A stretch of DNA of 62,084 nt, filler included, from Globobulimina sp. (GCA_003354225.1; 19 parts of 19 records of this genome joined end to end with filler, not necessarily neighbours in it), one strand, 5' to 3'. Shown: positions 36,021 to 48,800, counted from the whole stretch's first letter. Notes: generated by a model from the letters alone, not told the origin. Translations and numbers: made by a program.

Positions 36021-37232
36021 CTTTCAATTATCTTTGATATCATTTCCAATTTGCCGCCTTGTGCAGATATGTGGCGTTCTTTACATCGTTTCTTCAACAT
36101 TTTCATATTCAATTTCAATAACTCTGATTCCAACAACAACTGATCATTCCCCGTAAGTGCTACATTTTCATCCACTTGGCCTAAGCCACTGTTATCATTC
36201 TCTAATACCAACACATTCCCATTTGCATACTCCTCCTCATTCTGCTTCATTTCGTCTTCAATTCTCCCCCTTTGTTCAATAGTTTTCTTTGACACCGGAT
36301 CCAACACTTTTTCTTTATTACTCCCTTCGTCCTTTTTTTTACTTTTTTTATTATGTTTTAGCTCCTTTAATTTGACTGTTTTTTCATGTGGATCGGCAAA
36401 TAAATTATTTGTACGATGCGCATTACGTTGCTTTAATGTATTGTCGCCCTCCAATTTTTGCTGTCTTTTTTTCTCTTTCAATGCCTGTACATATATAAAA
36501 AAACAGATCAAAACGTTTCTGGAAACACGAAAACGTTTTAACTTTTATAATAGCTCTTTGTTTCTCGATTTTTTCGTAATCAGTGCCCATTCTTTCCGTC
36601 GCTTTAATATTTTTAATGACTTTTTCGTGTGGATTCACAAACATTTTTTCAGTTTGTTTGTGATACGCATTTCTATTTTTTAATTGGTTTTCTTGCTTAT
36701 CTTTTTTTTGCAATGCTCGAATCACAGCTCGCTGCTTCTCAATTTTATCATAATCAGTGGCCTTTCTTTCTTGTGCCTTGATATTTGTGATGACTTTTTC
36801 ATGCGGATGCGACTCGAAAATGTTTCTGGTGTTTTTGGATTTGTCAGAGATTAACATTATAATTTCGATTAATTCTGTTTTTGATAAGGTTTTTAAATAC
36901 GTTTTGGAATATTTTTGTTGTGGTTGATGTGTTTCGTTTAGTAATGATTTCTGAATCATTTCTGTTTTTATTCCATTCATCGCGTCCAATAATGATTTAC
37001 ATTCACTTGAGATATTATTGAATGTTGTGGTCGTTTCAGTAAACTGTTGATGGATTTTAGTGATATCGTTCATTTTCGATTTTAAGGTATGTAAAATTGT
37101 AAATGATTCATTTGAAATTTTATCAAATTTGGCGACTAACGCGCTATTATCAGTTTCCTCAGTTATTGATGTCTCATTTTCAGATTCTTCTGCTTCTTTT
37201 TCGTTTGTTTCTGGTGTTTTACTATCTGACAT
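36021..37232 (-). CDS. Coiled-coil protein with internal (H/N/D)PHEK repeats and a SAP domain (spliced, 3' partial)
   Basis: Three PHEK-containing repeats; LLKLNMKMLKKRCKERHISAQGGKLEMISKII fits a SAP motif. Intron at about 36486-36542. Confidence 0.6.
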
Positions 37233-37293
37233 GTTTTAATTTAATTTATTTTTAGTAACAACTGAAATGACCGCTTGATAACTGTAAACAAAC

Positions 37294-38816
37294 ATGTTCA
37301 ACCGTTTTAGTTATAGGATATCTAATTTTATTAGATCAAACGTTCAAGATTTCAGCCACACTCTACCCACACTATCAACACGCTGCACCCCAAATCATCT
37401 AAATTTTGGGAAAGTTGCTATTGCAGCAACAATATTTGGAACAGCTGCATCATCATCGCACACAAATGAAGAGAAAGAGAAAAACGATGAAATGAACACA
37501 TTAATATTTGGCAGTGGTGAATATGTGACTGGATATTCAGGGAAAGATGCAGTAAAATCTGATAAATCAATGGGTGTGGTGGGCTTAGTATGTTTCGATT
37601 TGCGTCAGCGTGGATTAATTGGTCCGCACATTGCGATTTGCGGCACAAATGGCAATAAGTTTGATGGGATACGAAATCATTGGGATTCTACAATAAAAAA
37701 ATTATTCTATAACACTTTCAAAGATCCAGAAGCACTCAATTTTACCCAATTTCCCAGCCCAGGCATCCGTGACACCAAAGCATATAAAAAAGCATTATTT
37801 GAGTTTAGCAAACCTGGCGATATTTGTATTATATTTACGCCGGATGACACTCATTATGACATTGCGGCGGCTGCCATCGATGCCGGTTTACATGTACTAT
37901 GCACAAAACCTATTGTTAAGAAATTAAAAAAACATTTAGAATTAGTTCGAAAAGCTGCGGAAAAAGGCGTGTTGCTACAGATCGAAGTGCACAAACGATA
38001 CGATCCGATGTATAACGATGCTGTAAACCGAATCAAAAACTTAGGTTTGTATAAATCATTTCTGATTTTGCAAGCAATCAATAATTTATTTGATATTTTT
38101 TAGGCGATTTTAATTATTTTGCCTCATATATGTCGCAACCCAAAATTCAATTAAATACATTCAAATCCTGGGCCGGTATATCGAGCGACATCTCCTATTA
38201 TTTAAATTCGCATCATATCGATTTACATGTTTGGGCCATGCAAGACAAAGCAAAATGTGTTGCTGTCAACGCATTTGCGACAAATAACGTTTCTGCGTCG
38301 AAGATACTGGGCCGTGAATGCGAAGATACCATCACAATTTGTGCATTGTGGGAGAATAATAGCGACGCTTCGGTGGGCCATGCGATGTATACATCGAGTT
38401 GGACAGCGATAAAATCTGATGTTCATTCGCAACAAAGATTCTTTTGTTTGATGGAAAACGGGGAAATCAATATCGATCAAGCACACCGAGGCTATACCAT
38501 TGCCACGGATGGTAAGGGACTGAGTAATGCCAATCCATTGTTTTTTAGAAATGTGGCAGATAATGCAGGCAATTATTGTGCGCAGAATTGTTATGGCTAT
38601 ATAACGTTTGAGAAGTTTGCGCGAGCGGCGAGATTAATTAATAGCGGTGAGAATGTGGCGTCTGATTTCGATTCACGATTACCGACTGGCAATGTGACTG
38701 CTATGGTTACGGCGATATTGGAAGCTGGCCGGATATCTTTGGATAATAATAATAAACAAGTATTGCTTCAATATGACTCGAATGATGATTTAATTGGATT
38801 ACAATTGGATGATTGA
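37294..38816 (+). CDS. Gfo/Idh/MocA oxidoreductase, fungal D-galacturonate reductase (GaaA)-like, with N-terminal extension
   Basis: Exons 37294-38044 and 38104-38816. GSGEYVTGY..SDKSMGVVGLVCFDLRQRG, IFTPDDTHY, HKRYDP and YMSQPKIQLNTFKSWAG.SSDISYYLNSHHID. Confidence 0.85.
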
Positions 38817-38969
38817 TGTAAATCATGATGTACTGTGATGTAAATCATGATCAACTTAATTTAATATTGCTTTTGCCATTATTAACGTCATATTTTATGA
38901 CTTTAAATAAAAAAACTTTAAGCTTAGATAAGCTTATTATAATCATCAAAAACCATCCATTCGTTCGAA

Positions 38970-39192
38970 ATGAGCACATGGATCTACGTCACCAACCTTC
39001 CGTTGTACTACGACGAAATTGCCGTCAAAGACATATTTACTAATATAGGTCCCATCGTGACCGCCAAGGTCAGCCAAGATAAATTACTCATAAAATCGAC
39101 GGCAATCATCCAATTTTCAAATTGCAAACATGCCAAATTAGCAGCCTCCAAAAGAGACAATACCATCATCGACAAAGCAGCCATCAGAGTGT
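38970..39192 (+). CDS. RRM-domain protein (3' partial)
   Basis: IYVTNLP..KDIFTNIGPI..AIIQF..A..A..DNTII. Confidence 0.7.
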
Positions 39193-39292
39193 NNNNNNNN
39201 NNNNNNNNNNNNNNNNNNNNNNNNNNNNNNNNNNNNTTAATTAATTAANNNNNNNNNNNNNNNNNNNNNNNNNNNNNNNNNNNNNNNNNNNN

Positions 39293-42200
39293 TGGATCCG
39301 CAGAAGCGAAAAATGTTAGAACATTGTTATTATGCGATGGAAAGTGCAGGTTATCCCAATGAACGATCGGTCGCTGTAATCACTGGTTGTGCTCCAAACA
39401 AATACAATACTCTGTATGCAAATACCATAGATAGAGAACAGAATCAAATGGAAGCAAATGCATCGAATTATTTGTCAACTCAAATCAGTTATAAACTTGG
39501 ATTGGAAGGTCCTGCAATCGATATAGATACTGCATGTTCCACTGGATTGATAACTGTAATAGAGGCATGTAATCAACTGAGATCATGTCAAATGGCAATA
39601 GCAGGAGCTGTAAGTCTTCCATTACCACAACAACATGGATATTTATATCAATCTGGACTTATATTTGCAAAAGATGGTCATTGTCGGCCATTTGATGCAA
39701 AATCTGATGGAACTCTTCCAGGCGCTGGTGTTTGCGCAATTGTGTTGAAACCTTATGAAACTGCCTTAAGGGATGGTGACAATATTTATGCTGTGATCAA
39801 AGGCACTGGAATAAATAACGATGGCGATGAAAAAGTTAGTTTTACAGCTCCAAGTACTAATGGACAAACTAAATGTATACTTTCTGCTCATGAAAAAGCA
39901 GCAATTGATGTGAATCAATTGGTTTATGTTTAGTGTCATGGCACTGGTACCCCAATTGGTGATCCAATCGAACTTAGTGCCTTGACCAATGCGTTCGATG
40001 CTGCATATAATGTTGAAGATTTGGAAACCCCTATTGTTCTTGGTTCTGTAAAAGCAAACATTGGTCATGCAGACAGAGCTGCAGGCATGGCAGGCCTTAT
40101 TAAAACTGTGATGCTGCTTAATGATAATGTGTTGCCACCTCAGATTAATTTTGATACACCAAATCCCAATCTGCAATCTGGTTGTGAATCAGGGCTGTTT
40201 CAAATACTGAAGACCAGCAGAAAACGCAATTTAAATACTTTACTACCTGCCTGCGCTGGGGTGAGCTCATTTGGTATTGGAGGAACAAATGCACACATAG
40301 TTCTTTCTGGTCATATTTCAAATAGGAATGACAATAATATGGTTCATGCAAAAATGACAACCCAGATCCTGCCATTATCTGCAAAGTCCATCAATTCATG
40401 TATTCAATACACTAAAACACTTGGAAAATTTTTGACCGAGAATGCAGAAATAAGTCTTGCTGATGCAGCATATACCCTTCAACAAAGGCGCAAACATTTC
40501 AATATACGTGCAACCATTGTTTCATGTTCACTCGATGGTGCAGTTGCACAATTACAAGATGATATTCAAATGTATCAGATCAATAATGATGGAGATGTTC
40601 CATTGGTTGTTGTGTGTCCTCCAATCACATGTCTTTATGACAAGATCAATGTAAAACTGTATAACAAATGTGAAACTTTTACTGAAACAATGAATCATTG
40701 CTTTCTTTTGGCTTCTGAAAACTTAGATGTCAACTTAAAGGAATTGATATTAAATGATGATTGGAATGCACCATTAATGAGTTACAACATTCTGAATGAT
40801 GAACTGTATGTGAAAATAGTGATGTTATCAGTCTGTTACAGTATAGGAAAACAGTTACTTCAATGGGGAATAACACCAAATGCCTATATCGGACATGGTA
40901 TTGGTGAATATGTTGTTGCAGCATTGACTGAAGAAATGAGTTTAGCAGATGTTATGAAAACCATTTCTCATTCATCTATCAATGACGCCAAGGTGAATTA
41001 TCAAGATCAACATGATTTGACAAACAGCAAAGTTAATAGTGAACTACAGATCAAAGATAAATTTAAACAAAGCATTCACACTGTTGTGCAAAAAATTGGA
41101 AATCCTGTTTTCATTGAACTTGGAACAAGTGATGCTTTATCATCATTTGTAGATGATTATGCAACAGAGCAAAACTTACAGCTATTTTCATTTAAAACAA
41201 TGTCATCCGATGTGTGCTGCAATACACAGAAAGAGGACATAACTTTGTATGAAACAGTTGGAAAACTTTGGTCTATCGGCTATTCAGTCGATTGGACAAA
41301 ATTAAGTTCATCAAAAAATCTATGCAAATTGCCTAGTTATCAAGTTGAGAAGACCCCTTGTTGGATAGATGATAAGCCGATTGCAGAAAAACTAAATGCA
41401 AGTATCTCAAGAACAGTTGATATTAAAGAAATCGATGAAGAAGAAAGTGCAGAAGATGAAACTGTCTTTACAAAAGTTGATAAAATATTCAAAACGGCGC
41501 TGGGTAATGAACATTTATCAAAATATGACAACTTCTTTGAAGTCGGTGGAAATTCACTCAATGCGTTATGTTTGATTGAAAGTTTGGAGAACTGTTTTCA
41601 TGTCAAAATCGGTCTGGAACAACTTAATATACATAACTCGGTTTATTTGTTGTCAAAATTGATCACAAATTCTGAACAATGTTCAGAAAAGAGTTGTCTT
41701 GTCAACTTGGTACCATTTGATTCAACAAAAGAAACGATATTTTTCATACATCCTGGTGGTGGAACAGTGTTTCTATATCAACCAATGGCAAAACAATTGC
41801 CACAATATTTCAACTACATTGGCATTCAATACCCCGATTTATTAAATGAAGTACCAACAATTAAACTAACTTCTATATCTGATCTTGCTATTCATTACAT
41901 TAAATTAGTCAAAGCAATACAATCGAATGGTCCTTATATATTGATCGGTGCTTCTCTCAGTGGTACAATAGCATATGAAATGGCATATCAATTAGAGAAA
42001 GATGGGGAAGAGGTTCCTTTTATTATAATGATGGATACATGGGCTCAATTGCCAGAGGAATTTCATAATGAACTGAAACTTGAGCAATATTTGATCAAGA
42101 ACATCGATCTGAGTAGACAATTGTTCAATGAACAAAAACTGCCAATAATATCGAAAGAAACAAAGAGTCGAATTTTGGTCTCAGCAATGAGATTGATGAA

Positions 42201-42443
42201 AATACTTCTTAGTTATCAACCAAAGAAAACACAACAAAAAATTTATTTACCCAAGGCAATGGAACTCGATGAAGTATTCAGAGGACAACTCAGCTGTCTT
42301 AAGGGAAATAAGAAGAATTTTGGCAATCTTATACAACAACTTCCGTTACGGTTTTTCCTGTAAATGGTGATCATATAACCATGTTAAAACATGAAAAGAT
42401 TTTGTCATTTTTATTGAAAATATTTAATGAATTATTGGATTAA
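39293..42443 (+). pseudogene. Type I PKS terminal module KS-(degenerate AT)-ACP-TE with in-frame stop and frameshift
   Basis: KS DTACST, CHGTGT and NIGHAD; TAG at 39931 in place of the E of the E.HGTGT motif. AT GHGIGE, ACP FFEVGGNSL, TE HPGGG / GASLSG. The TE GDHITML motif lies in another frame after about 42305. Confidence 0.85.
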
Positions 42444-42571
42444 TTATTAAGATGGTACCATATCNNNNNNNNNNNNNNNNNNNNNNNNNNNNNNNNNNNN
42501 NNNNNNNNTTAATTAATTAANNNNNNNNNNNNNNNNNNNNNNNNNNNNNNNNNNNNNNNNNNNNAAATCAG

Positions 42572-43112
42572 TTAAAAAAATACTATCTCTCCTTTACAAT
42601 ATGTAGCCATATAAACAACCAAATAATATGTTTTTCCCAACTGCATATTCCGAAAAGCAATTCCTTGATCACTCCCATTCACTGAATATTCCATTTCTTG
42701 TTTTTCAAAATCAACTCTCATTTCAATTACATCACCGGCACCCCATTTAATTGCATATTCTTCATCTTTTCCTAAATGGCATTTATTACTATTCCTTCCA
42801 TCATATCCATAATCTATCTCATACAACCCACCATCAACATTCCTGTTTGACTGAATACCAATTAACATCCCACCACTCCTACTTTGCTTGCATGTCAACT
42901 TCCATTTATATTTATTTTTGCTGCCTGCCTCAATTCCTATACTTCCAAATGCTTTGCCATACCAATCACCATCACCTTTGCTTGTCACAGTTTTCCCATT
43001 GTTTGAGATTGTAATCCATTTATTCGCAATTTCGAATGTGTCTACAATATTTTTATAATAACCGCCATAATAATTATAACAAATTTGATTAATGGATATT
43101 GGGATTATTTTC
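42572..43112 (-). pseudogene. SPRY/B30.2-domain gene whose 5' end is cut by the adjacent retroelement
   Basis: IIPISINQICYNYY..YKWKL..IGI..GYDG..GDVIEMRVDF..YSVNGSDQGIAF. Upstream sequence switches to repeat B at 43113. Confidence 0.7.
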
Positions 43113-43537
43113 TGTTTTACTTTGATTTTCGATATGGATAAACAGTGAATCTTTTTTTGATTCACCAACAACTTTTAATTTATTAAATAAACTAAACCCA
43201 TAATAGAAATCACAAATGATTCCCAAAATACATCCCAAAACCAACAACAAAAACACCAAACATAGCTGGGAGGGTGGGACGGCAAAAAGAAAATGTAAAC
43301 TGACACAAACACTAAAGAGTTTTTTCAAACATTCACAAACTACACAAACAACATAACTTTCACACAACAAACATATCTTCAATCTGTGAAACACTCGTTT
43401 TGAAAAGAACGTCATGTTTTACTTTGATTTTCGATATGGATAAACAGTGAATCTTTTTTTGATTCACCAACAACTTATAATTTATTAAATAAACTAAACC
43501 CATAATAGAAATCACAAATGATTCCCAAAATACATCC
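43113..43537 (-). repeat. Split direct repeats: B2 43113-43235, spacer (A2) 43236-43414, B1 43415-43537
   Basis: Two 123-bp copies differing at about one base. Each has a GTGAATC-T6-GATTCAC hairpin. Confidence 0.9.
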
Positions 43538-43624
43538 ATTCCGTAATAAATTCAAAGACAAAACAGAACAGGATCCAAATCGCAAATCATAAAACAAACA
43601 CAAAATCCATAAAACCGCCACAAA

Positions 43625-44917
43625 TTAAAAGGGATCACCTGTCGTCAAACTCCGTTGATAATCGGCAAAGAAAGTCGGAGAGATAGCTGCCTTGGCCGCC
43701 GATAGGCTATGCATCAAATCACATTCCGATTGATCAAAGTCGAGGATGTCCCTATTCATCATCGGACCATACAAATAAATAAACGTGAGCCCAATAAGAT
43801 CATTCTGCGAATGAATCAGATAGCGGTATATCGCCGCCAATAACTTCCAACGTCCAGCATACGCAATGAGACTAGTTGGAACACCACATCGCTGCAACGT
43901 GGTGGCAAAGCCCTTGCGCAGACCATGAAATCGATAGCGAGGACCATCGACAAAGCCTAACTCCGCAATCAAAGAGGTCCATTGTCGTTTAACGGCCGCA
44001 AGATTACAGTTTCTATTCGGCGCTTGGAACAGGCAACGGCGACGGAGAGGATAGTCATAAATCGAGCGCAGATGACGTGTCTGCAAATTATACACATGAT
44101 AGAATATCCATACTGGCTCAAGCGGCCGCTGCGTACGGCCAATCCTCAAAAAGACATCAGTGCCAACCCGAGCTGACTTGGAATGCCTTAATCTAATACG
44201 AATATGATGTAAATTATCCCAAGACTTGGAATAACCATTACTTTTATAGGTCCGCATATGAATATTCTGCGTATCAGCGATGTGCGTCTCGTCCTCCATC
44301 CAATAAAAATCTAAGTCACTGGTATAAATGCCATAACCTTCATACTGTTTACAGGCATTCTCATAGCACTCCGCACCACGAAGCCCCAAAATGCTGATAA
44401 AAAGGATAGACACTGCATACAAATACCAGAAAAGCCGAGATTCATCCTTCCAGATAGCAGGAAACGATAACCACTGCGCACGCAGTTTCTTGTCATCATC
44501 GGACAATATCAGGCCATAATAAACTTTAAAGGTGAGAATATACCGCACGATCTGGACGACAATATTGGAGGTAACAGGCAGTGTATCACTCCCTTTGCCT
44601 GGGTTACGCTTCTTGACATAGCGGATGATAGTGGACAGAGTAGGGTTGGTAGACCACGACTGCTGTATACCACATAATTGTGCCACATAATCCAAGGACC
44701 GCATTTTGTTGCGAATGGTGCCATAAACATTCTGCTTCTCCCGAATAAAGCAGCAGTTGATGATATAAATCTGAATAACTGTGTCCATCAACGGGAAAGA
44801 CCATACCAAAACGTCCGGAATCTTAAGGCGCCGCATTGTACGCCAAAACTCCAGAAAATTGTTTAAGTACGTGTTTTCTGAAGACATTTTAATCCCTCCA
44901 CTCAAAGTCGCCAACAA
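43625..44917 (-). CDS. Tyrosine recombinase (DIRS/Ngaro type)
   Basis: Core-binding domain (SENTY..GTIRNKM..LPVT), then catalytic GLRGAE, HSK, FHGLRKGFAT, AGRWK and IYRYL. Confidence 0.92.
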   Translation of the reverse strand: MLATLSGGIKMSSENTYLNNFLEFWRTMRRLKIPDVLVWSFPLMDTVIQIYIINCCFIREKQNVYGTIRNKMRSLDYVAQLCGIQQSWSTNPTLSTIIRYVKKRNPGKGSDTLPVTSNIVVQIVRYILTFKVYYGLILSDDDKKLRAQWLSFPAIWKDESRLFWYLYAVSILFISILGLRGAECYENACKQYEGYGIYTSDLDFYWMEDETHIADTQNIHMRTYKSNGYSKSWDNLHHIRIRLRHSKSARVGTDVFLRIGRTQRPLEPVWIFYHVYNLQTRHLRSIYDYPLRRRCLFQAPNRNCNLAAVKRQWTSLIAELGFVDGPRYRFHGLRKGFATTLQRCGVPTSLIAYAGRWKLLAAIYRYLIHSQNDLIGLTFIYLYGPMMNRDILDFDQSECDLMHSLSAAKAAISPTFFADYQRSLTTGDPF

Positions 44918-45068
44918 GATATCTCGATATATAGGAGATACATATGCCCATAGAGGGCTATTAAACTTCTTGGCACGAACTGTGTAACCACAAAACGAAA
45001 AACGCTGTCAAAACAAAGAAGTGCACTGCAAACCAAAGCAAACCAGTGGCACACAAGTACTGTGGGGG

Positions 45069-45735
45069 TCACAAAAAACGGAGAAGCTGACAGATAAGCG
45101 ACTCGAATATAATCAGAGGCATTGACTGATGAAAAATAGCTGCATTCAGTGCCTGCTTGATTTTCCATATACGCGACTGGGAGATGGCTATGGTGAATGT
45201 AACAGTATTAATCACAAAGCCAATGATCTCCAAAATCTGCGATGGTCCATGGCGTTTACGTGGCAGCTCCTGCAAACCAATCAATTTCAAATACTCACAG
45301 AAATCATGGAATAACTGTGTACTGTACTCCTTATCCGGAGGGAGAAAAATAATATAGTCATCGATATAGTTATTGAGTATAATTTTAAGGAGCTGCTTGC
45401 TATTCACCTTCAATAGCAACAGATAATCAAAGAATTGCTCCCTTTTCAGCATCAGAAACTCCGACGGCGTAAAGTGCGGCTTAGCATTGTCAGCCGTGAG
45501 AGCAATTAAATCATAGCCATTGCGCACGAAGTCCAAAATAATCGCTTTGGATTGGGTTAAATGGTGCGATGTCAACCACCTCGAAATGACATTACGATTC
45601 CACTGATAAATCAATTTGTGGTCCCACACAAACTCTTCATCCACATATCCCGGCGGTTTCTGCAGATTCTCCACAAATTTGCGGAAGAAATATACCGCAT
45701 TAAATTTCTCAACGGCCTCATCAACTGATTCATCA
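45069..45735 (-). pseudogene. Internally deleted reverse transcriptase
   Basis: Pre-RT motif ILDFVRNGYDL lies only about 45 aa before NYIDDYII..LKLIGL..K..GPSQILEIIGFVINT. Motifs 1-4 and RNase H are absent. Confidence 0.75.
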
Positions 45736-45862
45736 GNNNNNNNNNNNNNNNNNNNNNNNNNNNNNNNNNNNNNNNNNNNNTTAATTAATTAANNNNNNNN
45801 NNNNNNNNNNNNNNNNNNNNNNNNNNNNNNNNNNNNATATGTAATTGAGCAAAGACTTGAAC

Positions 45863-48800
45863 ATGTCGTCGTCTTCAACTATAGAGTCATTAACGTATTG
45901 GGCTTTTTTAAAAGCAAACAATCGTCGCGCTCAAGAATCCGCTGCCATAAACCTTCGCGAATACATCGAAAATCAAAAGCGCGAAATGGTAGCAACAGAC
46001 TTTACCCGGTTTTGCGTTGAATGCTACCAAAAAGTATTTGATTTAATCTCCTCCTCCAAAATCCAAGACCGAATCGGCGGCATCTTATTCATGGATCAAT
46101 TGACTGAAATGCAAAGCGATTCGAGCGAATTAAAGATTGGCAAATTCTGCAATTACTTAAAAATGATCATCAAACAAACCACCTCCACTTCCTCCGCAAT
46201 GCTGATCTCTTCCTATACCTCTTATACCTCGGTGCCATTGTCGTCGCCCAAATATATGTCGCCGTCTTCGCATAACTTCGATAACAACAACAAAGCCAAT
46301 AAATCTCTCGCCTTACTCGAGTTAGCCACGCAAGTCTTGGGCCATTTAACCAAAGCGGCCGGGCCATTGTCCACCGAAATGGTGGAAGATCTCATCAATA
46401 ATTATATCATTGAGCTATTATCCTCCACCAAGCACGAAAATAAACGCTTGGCCGCTGTCTGGATTATCAGGGAGTTGACTTTGAATGTGCCCACTTTGCT
46501 AAATATCCATTTAAATAAAGTGATACACGATTTAAGACCGGCTATATGCGACAGCAAAGTGAATGTGCGTTTGGGTGCCATTGAAGCCTTACGAGAGTGC
46601 TTGAATTTAATTATTCGCAGACCACAGGCGTATCGGCAGCAATTTGAGAAGATTTATAATAAAGCGGTTGCGGACTTAAACCATCAATCTGTTGCTCATT
46701 CTGGCAAACATCATAAGTTATCCTCAGTGCATAATGTCGATATTAACCATATCCATGGCTCGTTGCTCACATTTGGTGAATTATTAAAAGGTATTTTTTT
46801 TGTGTATTTCTTGGAAAAATTGGCACATTTTTTTTGTTTTTAAGGTGGTGAGTATATGTCTGATAAATTTCCATCCATTTGCCATATAACGTTATCATTT
46901 AAGAAACACAAAGACAAATTCATACGTAATGCAGTGATCGAATTATTACCCAAATTGGCATCCTATTCGCCATCGTTGTTCGTATCGTATGGACATTTAA
47001 AAGAAGCTTGTGAGTATTTAATGGAATGTTTAATAAAACCGAATAAGAATGAAAACCAGAAAGATATTTGCTATTATTCGTTGGGTAAATTATCATTGAG
47101 CGTAGAAAGGAAAATAAGACCATATTTAGGTATGATATTCATATCCATGCATGATATATATCGGTATTCTATCCTTGCACTCTATATTCAAACCAAAACA
47201 GGTGATATTGTAAAGCTAATAAAAGAGGGCTTATTAGGGTATCAAGCCAAGGATACCCAAAAAGTGGCGATATTTCACAGTGCGTTGCATTGTTTGAGCA
47301 ACTTAGTCTGCGCAGTGGGCAGTGACTTAAACACGTATTTAAAGCCATTAATTGGTCAGATGTTTGTGTGTGGACTAAGCAATGATTTGGTTGAAACCTT
47401 GAAAAACATCTGTAATAATATCGAAGCGTTACAGCAACCAATTCACGAACAATTAGCACTTGAAATCTGGAATATATTATCCATGTCGTCGGACCAACCG
47501 CTATTCGATTTAATCAACGATATGAACAATAAAACCTACAAATTTGGACACAGAGACAAGTTGGATTACGGTTTGTGACCAGCTGCCATGCTCTGTGCAG
47601 GCCGCATGCTTTACTTTGCACAGTTTTTTTACTTCACTGACAAAATGATAAAATATCTGTAGGTATGACTGGTCGCTATGGCATGGATGCGGACAACATG
47701 ATGGACGATAACGAAGCTGCCAAAATTTCGCAACGTATGCGTTCTATGACCAACAACCGATTGAAACGTGAGTCTGTGCATAAATTACGGCGTGGCAGTC
47801 ATACCCGCGATGATCGAAAAAGCAACAAAGACGACAGCTTAATCCATTTGGCCTTACGTGCCTTGGCCGATTTTGAATTGGATGATGTCTTCCTATTACC
47901 TTTCATCCGCGAGATTGCCAGCATTTATCTCAATTATGACGAGATTATTGTGCGCAAACAAGCTGCTTTGACCTGTTGCAAGTTACTCAGTCGGTTGTTA
48001 TTATCCGTGACGAAGAATAAAAAGAAGCTACGCAACAAAATCCACGTCGAATGGGAATATCGCATGAAATCCATGGTCGTCAGTGATGTGTTGGAACGTT
48101 TGTTATCCGTCGCCATCACCGACCCTTCGCCAGTGATTCGGACTAATTTATTGCGCGAATTCAAGACGGAATTCGACCATTATTTATCCAAAAACGACTC
48201 GTTAGAAACGTTATTCATCGCATTAAACGATGAAAACTTTGATGTACAGCAAGTTGTGCTATGTATTTTAGGTCGATTAGCAAAGCGGAATCCTGGTCAG
48301 GTTATGCCCAATTTGCGGCAGACATTGATTCAGTTATTGACGCAGTTGCAATTCTCGCGCGATGTGCAAATTAAGTGCAATTCTGCAGAGTTATTGGGCA
48401 CTTTTATTGACAGCGTCCAGTCTTTGGTGAAGCCGTATATCCGCTGTGTGTCTCGGGTGTTGTTGCCCAAATTGGATGAAAGTGAGGACATTACGCTGCA
48501 AACCAAATTGTTATCGAGCATTGGTAAGTTATCTCAGATTGCGGGCTTATCCATGAAACCATATTTGAAACAATTGCTGCCGATTATTTTGAAGTTTTTG
48601 TCGGATAAATTTAGTCAAAAACGACGCGAGGTTGCGTTGATTTCGTTGAGTCAGTTGATACAGAATACGTTGTATGTGGTTGAGCCGTACAATGAATATA
48701 AGATGTTGTTGTCGACGATATTGTCATCGTTGGAGAGCACTCAGTCGTGGTCCATTCGGAAAGAAGCGATGCGGACATTGGGCATTATTGGCGCTTTGGA

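Larger units (their letters stand above)
43113..45736 (-). mobile_element. Ngaro/PAT-like tyrosine-recombinase retrotransposon, 3' part, internally deleted
   Basis: RT remnant (YIDD), an intact YR ORF, then 123-bp direct repeats separated by 179 bp (B1-A2-B2 layout). Confidence 0.85.

Noticed and set aside
39931-39933. TAG reassigned to Glu (alternative genetic code)
   Set aside because: Other long genes have no in-frame TAG, TAG ends several ORFs, and the same gene also has a frameshift.
43625-44917. Phage integrase or prophage
   Set aside because: The adjacent YIDD RT remnant and split direct repeats indicate a eukaryotic YR retrotransposon.
32750-45736. Argonaute, PKS and recombinase as a linked defence island
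   Set aside because: They lie on different contigs separated by artificial linkers.
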